Shown in pieces: positions 61,560 to 64,000 of a stretch of 64,000 bases of DNA. Position numbers and translations under genes: made by a program. The notes below the pieces were generated by a model. The model was given only the letters and a program-made list of their open reading frames with translations, was not told the DNA's origin and ran no database searches. How positions within the stretch are numbered: position 1 is the first letter of the stretch; every line of letters starts with the position of its first letter. Source of the stretch: Gammaproteobacteria bacterium (GTDB lineage Bacteria; Pseudomonadota; Gammaproteobacteria; Ga0077536); the NCBI GenBank assembly GCA_963662545.2, contig CAXXLL010000002.1, forward strand, positions 768,001 to 832,000. The letters run 5' to 3'.

Positions 61560-62375
61560 CTAATTTAAGGTTGCGCCGCGAGCGGGCTTGATTACATCAT
61601 AAGCCGCCTTGATTTCCTGCGTCTTGGCCGTTGCCGCCTTCATCATTTCCTCGGGCAGGCCCTTGGCGACGAGCTTGTCCGGGTGATGCTGACTCATCAG
61701 ACGCCGATAGGCTTTTTTGACATCGGCATCATTCGTGCTCGCTGCGACGCCAAGAATGGCGTAGGCCTCATCGGGCGTCAGGGAGGCTTGCGTGGCCTGA
61801 CCGCGCCGTCCCGGGCCGCCGTCCCCATGGCGCTGCGCGCGAACCAGTGCTTCGAGCTGCGCGAAGTGTTGCGCGGAGAAGCCCAGCCGCGATGCGAGGT
61901 GCTTGAGAACCGTCTCTTCATGCGGGTGCAAAGCGCCATCCGCGTAGGCGGCATGTAGCTGAATTTCGATGAACATCTGCATGAGCGTCAGGCGGCGATG
62001 ACATTCGCGCCGAAATTGGTCAATGACGGCATCGAGATCGAAGTCGGGCTGCTTGCCCTGATTGAACAATTCGCCCGCGACCCGGGTCTGTGCGGTGTTC
62101 AGGGCCATGTCCCGCATGACCGCACGGGCCAGCGCAATCTCGTCCTCAGTGACCCGCCCGTCGGCCTTGGCGATATGCCCCATGACCGAAAACGTAGCGG
62201 TAAAGAACGCTGCTTGGGTACGTTCCTGGCCGGACGCTCCAGAACCCGTCGCGAAATCGTCCCGCGCGACCCCTTTATCGAAGTTGTGCCCGATAGCCGC
62301 GCCAAACGCCGCACCGAGCGGCCCGCCCAACATGAAGCCAAAGGCGCCGCCAACAACTTTGCCCCACCAAGCCAT
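61560..62375 (-). CDS. djlA: Co-chaperone DjlA
   Basis: WWGK..GG..G TM segment; TerB-like AKADGRV; J-domain HPD (HHPDKL). Confidence 0.92.
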   Translation of the reverse strand: MAWWGKVVGGAFGFMLGGPLGAAFGAAIGHNFDKGVARDDFATGSGASGQERTQAAFFTATFSVMGHIAKADGRVTEDEIALARAVMRDMALNTAQTRVAGELFNQGKQPDFDLDAVIDQFRRECHRRLTLMQMFIEIQLHAAYADGALHPHEETVLKHLASRLGFSAQHFAQLEALVRAQRHGDGGPGRRGQATQASLTPDEAYAILGVAASTNDADVKKAYRRLMSQHHPDKLVAKGLPEEMMKAATAKTQEIKAAYDVIKPARGATLN

Positions 62376-62507
62376 GTACGCCGTTCCCGTTTGAGAAAGA
62401 GCAGGCATTGTGCCTTGCCGCAGCCTTGGGGCAAACTGCCGCGCTAATGTGACAATGCCGCACGGCTACCATTTCATCATGGCAAGGCCTGTAACGAGGG
62501 TTGGACG

Positions 62508-63251
62508 ATGCCGAACTTTCCGCCAAGTGGCGACCGGGAAGCTGAAGAAGGCAAGGTTTCTGCAGACGAATTAGACCGCCTTATTATCAGTCATGGTTTA
62601 TGGCTTTCGTCTGACGGTCGGGATGGGGCGAAAATGGAAATGCCGGGCGCCAATATCATTTACGGTGGATTTTCGCAGGCGGACCTGCGAGAAGCGAATT
62701 TGGCGGGCGCTTGTTTGTTCAATGCCAATTTGCGGGAGTGTAATCTTGCTCATGCCAACTTGGCGCGAGCTAATTTGGAAGGCGCCAGCATGGTCAACGT
62801 TGATCTTTCCAATGCCAAGCTTGCACGTGCCAAGCTCGACACAGCCGTTATCCCCGGCGCCAACTTCGAAAATGCCGATCTGACAGGCGCATATTTGCGG
62901 ATGACCAACTTGCTGAGCGCCAGATTTTTTCACACCCGAATGCGTGGCGCCGATCTGACCGACGCCAATCTCGCGGGCGCCACCGCGCGCGAAAGCGATC
63001 TTGATGAGGTCGATCTCACGGAAGCCAAGCTCATGATGGTCGATTTTTCAGGTACCAGCCTGAGAGGGGCGGTTTTTGCCAGAGCCGTGATCTTCGGCGC
63101 GACTTTAGACGGGGCCGACCTTTCGGACGCTGATTTGAGGTCAGCTCAAGGTCTAAACCAGGAACAACTCGATGCGGCCTATGGCAATAGGGGCACGAAG
63201 TTGCCCGCAGAGTTTGCGGGGCATGCCATGACCGAAAAACTCTCTAGCTAG
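62508..63251 (+). CDS. Pentapeptide-repeat protein
   Basis: Long A(D/N)Lxx repeat tract; HGLWL and GL.QEQL motifs. Confidence 0.9.
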   Translation: MPNFPPSGDREAEEGKVSADELDRLIISHGLWLSSDGRDGAKMEMPGANIIYGGFSQADLREANLAGACLFNANLRECNLAHANLARANLEGASMVNVDLSNAKLARAKLDTAVIPGANFENADLTGAYLRMTNLLSARFFHTRMRGADLTDANLAGATARESDLDEVDLTEAKLMMVDFSGTSLRGAVFARAVIFGATLDGADLSDADLRSAQGLNQEQLDAAYGNRGTKLPAEFAGHAMTEKLSS

Positions 63252-64000
63252 TGTGCATCCCTAAACGCGATGCGGTTGAAATAAAAAGGAAAATTTGTCG
63301 CTTAAGGGATCGAAACCTCCGGTGGGTCGTGATCTAATGGAACTTCAAACCTCTGATTTTCCACACAATCATCGACACCACAGGAGGGGGAATGCGTCAG
63401 AAACGCACGGCCCAAGTATATACGAGCTGTTTGCTGACCATGACCTGGGGCGAGAGCTGCAGGGCATGTCCGAGTGGCTCGATGCTCACCCCAAGGTCCT
63501 CACGCCGGTCATGAACGATCTGTGTCGGCGGGGTTTGAAGCCCACCGGTCGACGCGGACTGTCGGCGGAGTCGGTGCTGCGCTGCGCGGTGCTCAAGCAG
63601 CACCGGCATTCCGAGTGGCTCGATTCACCCCAAGGTCCTCACGCCGGTCATGACGATCTGTGTCGGCGGGGTTTGAAGCCCACCGGTCGACGCGGACTGT
63701 CGGCGGAGTCGGTGCTGCGCTGCGCGGTGCTCAAGCAGCACCGGCAATTGAGTTACGAGGAGCTGGCCTTTCACCTGCAGGACTCGGCGAGCTTTCAGGC
63801 CTTCGCCCGGTTGCCGGGTAATGAACGTCCGAAGAAGTCTGCCTTACAGCGGGTGGTCTCGGCGATCCAGGTATCGACGTGGGAGTCTATTCATCGCGCC
63901 CTGCTGGCGACGGCGAAAGAGACGCGCATTGAGCCGGCACAGCGTGTACGGATTGATAGCACGGTAACGGACAGTGCCATCCACGCGCCGAGCGACAGTC
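63251..64000 (+). mobile_element. ISNCY/IS5-like transposase (ATG 63392), disrupted and truncated by the window edge
   Basis: GR.GLSAESVLRCAVLKQ, LSYEELAFHL.DS and RIDSTVT..IHAPSDS motifs; an early frameshift and an internal ~140-bp tandem duplication. The left boundary is approximate. Confidence 0.75.

Noticed and set aside
1-64000. Many long antisense or overlapping ORFs in the track (e.g. 7967-8692, 16089-16841, 49344-50072)
   Set aside because: These are shadow ORFs expected at high GC opposite well-supported genes, and they carry no motifs.

Overview
A 64-kb accessory region, probably from a proteobacterium (djlA suggests Gammaproteobacteria). It contains no rRNA, tRNA or CRISPR array that I can see. 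The first ~2.3 kb looks like the end of an integron-type cassette array: two attC-like sites and a frameshifted HEPN-motif gene, with no integrase in the window. The rest is a mosaic of short catabolic modules: Rieske oxygenases, acyl-CoA dehydrogenases, TauD, LLM oxidoreductases, crotonases, P450s, a BVMO, a CoA transferase, a thiolase-like/OB-fold pair, a chlorocatechol-type modified-ortho cluster and a CphA-like ATP-grasp gene coupled to a methyltransferase. These modules are interleaved with many mobile-element traces: three copies of a 162-bp MITE (one inactivating the LysR regulator), three IS6 left-end stubs, an ISL3, an IS256 with a 9-bp TSD, an ISNCY-like transposase at the right edge, an IS91/ISCR-like fragment and collapsed IS-end palindromes. 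A RAYT (Y1 HUH) gene is bracketed by 20-bp inverted repeats that recur 22 kb away as a transposase-free 'two direct + one inverted' cluster. Several genes are broken by point stops, frameshifts, short tandem duplications or a deletion-fusion. All protein calls come from motif recognition by eye; no database searches were run.
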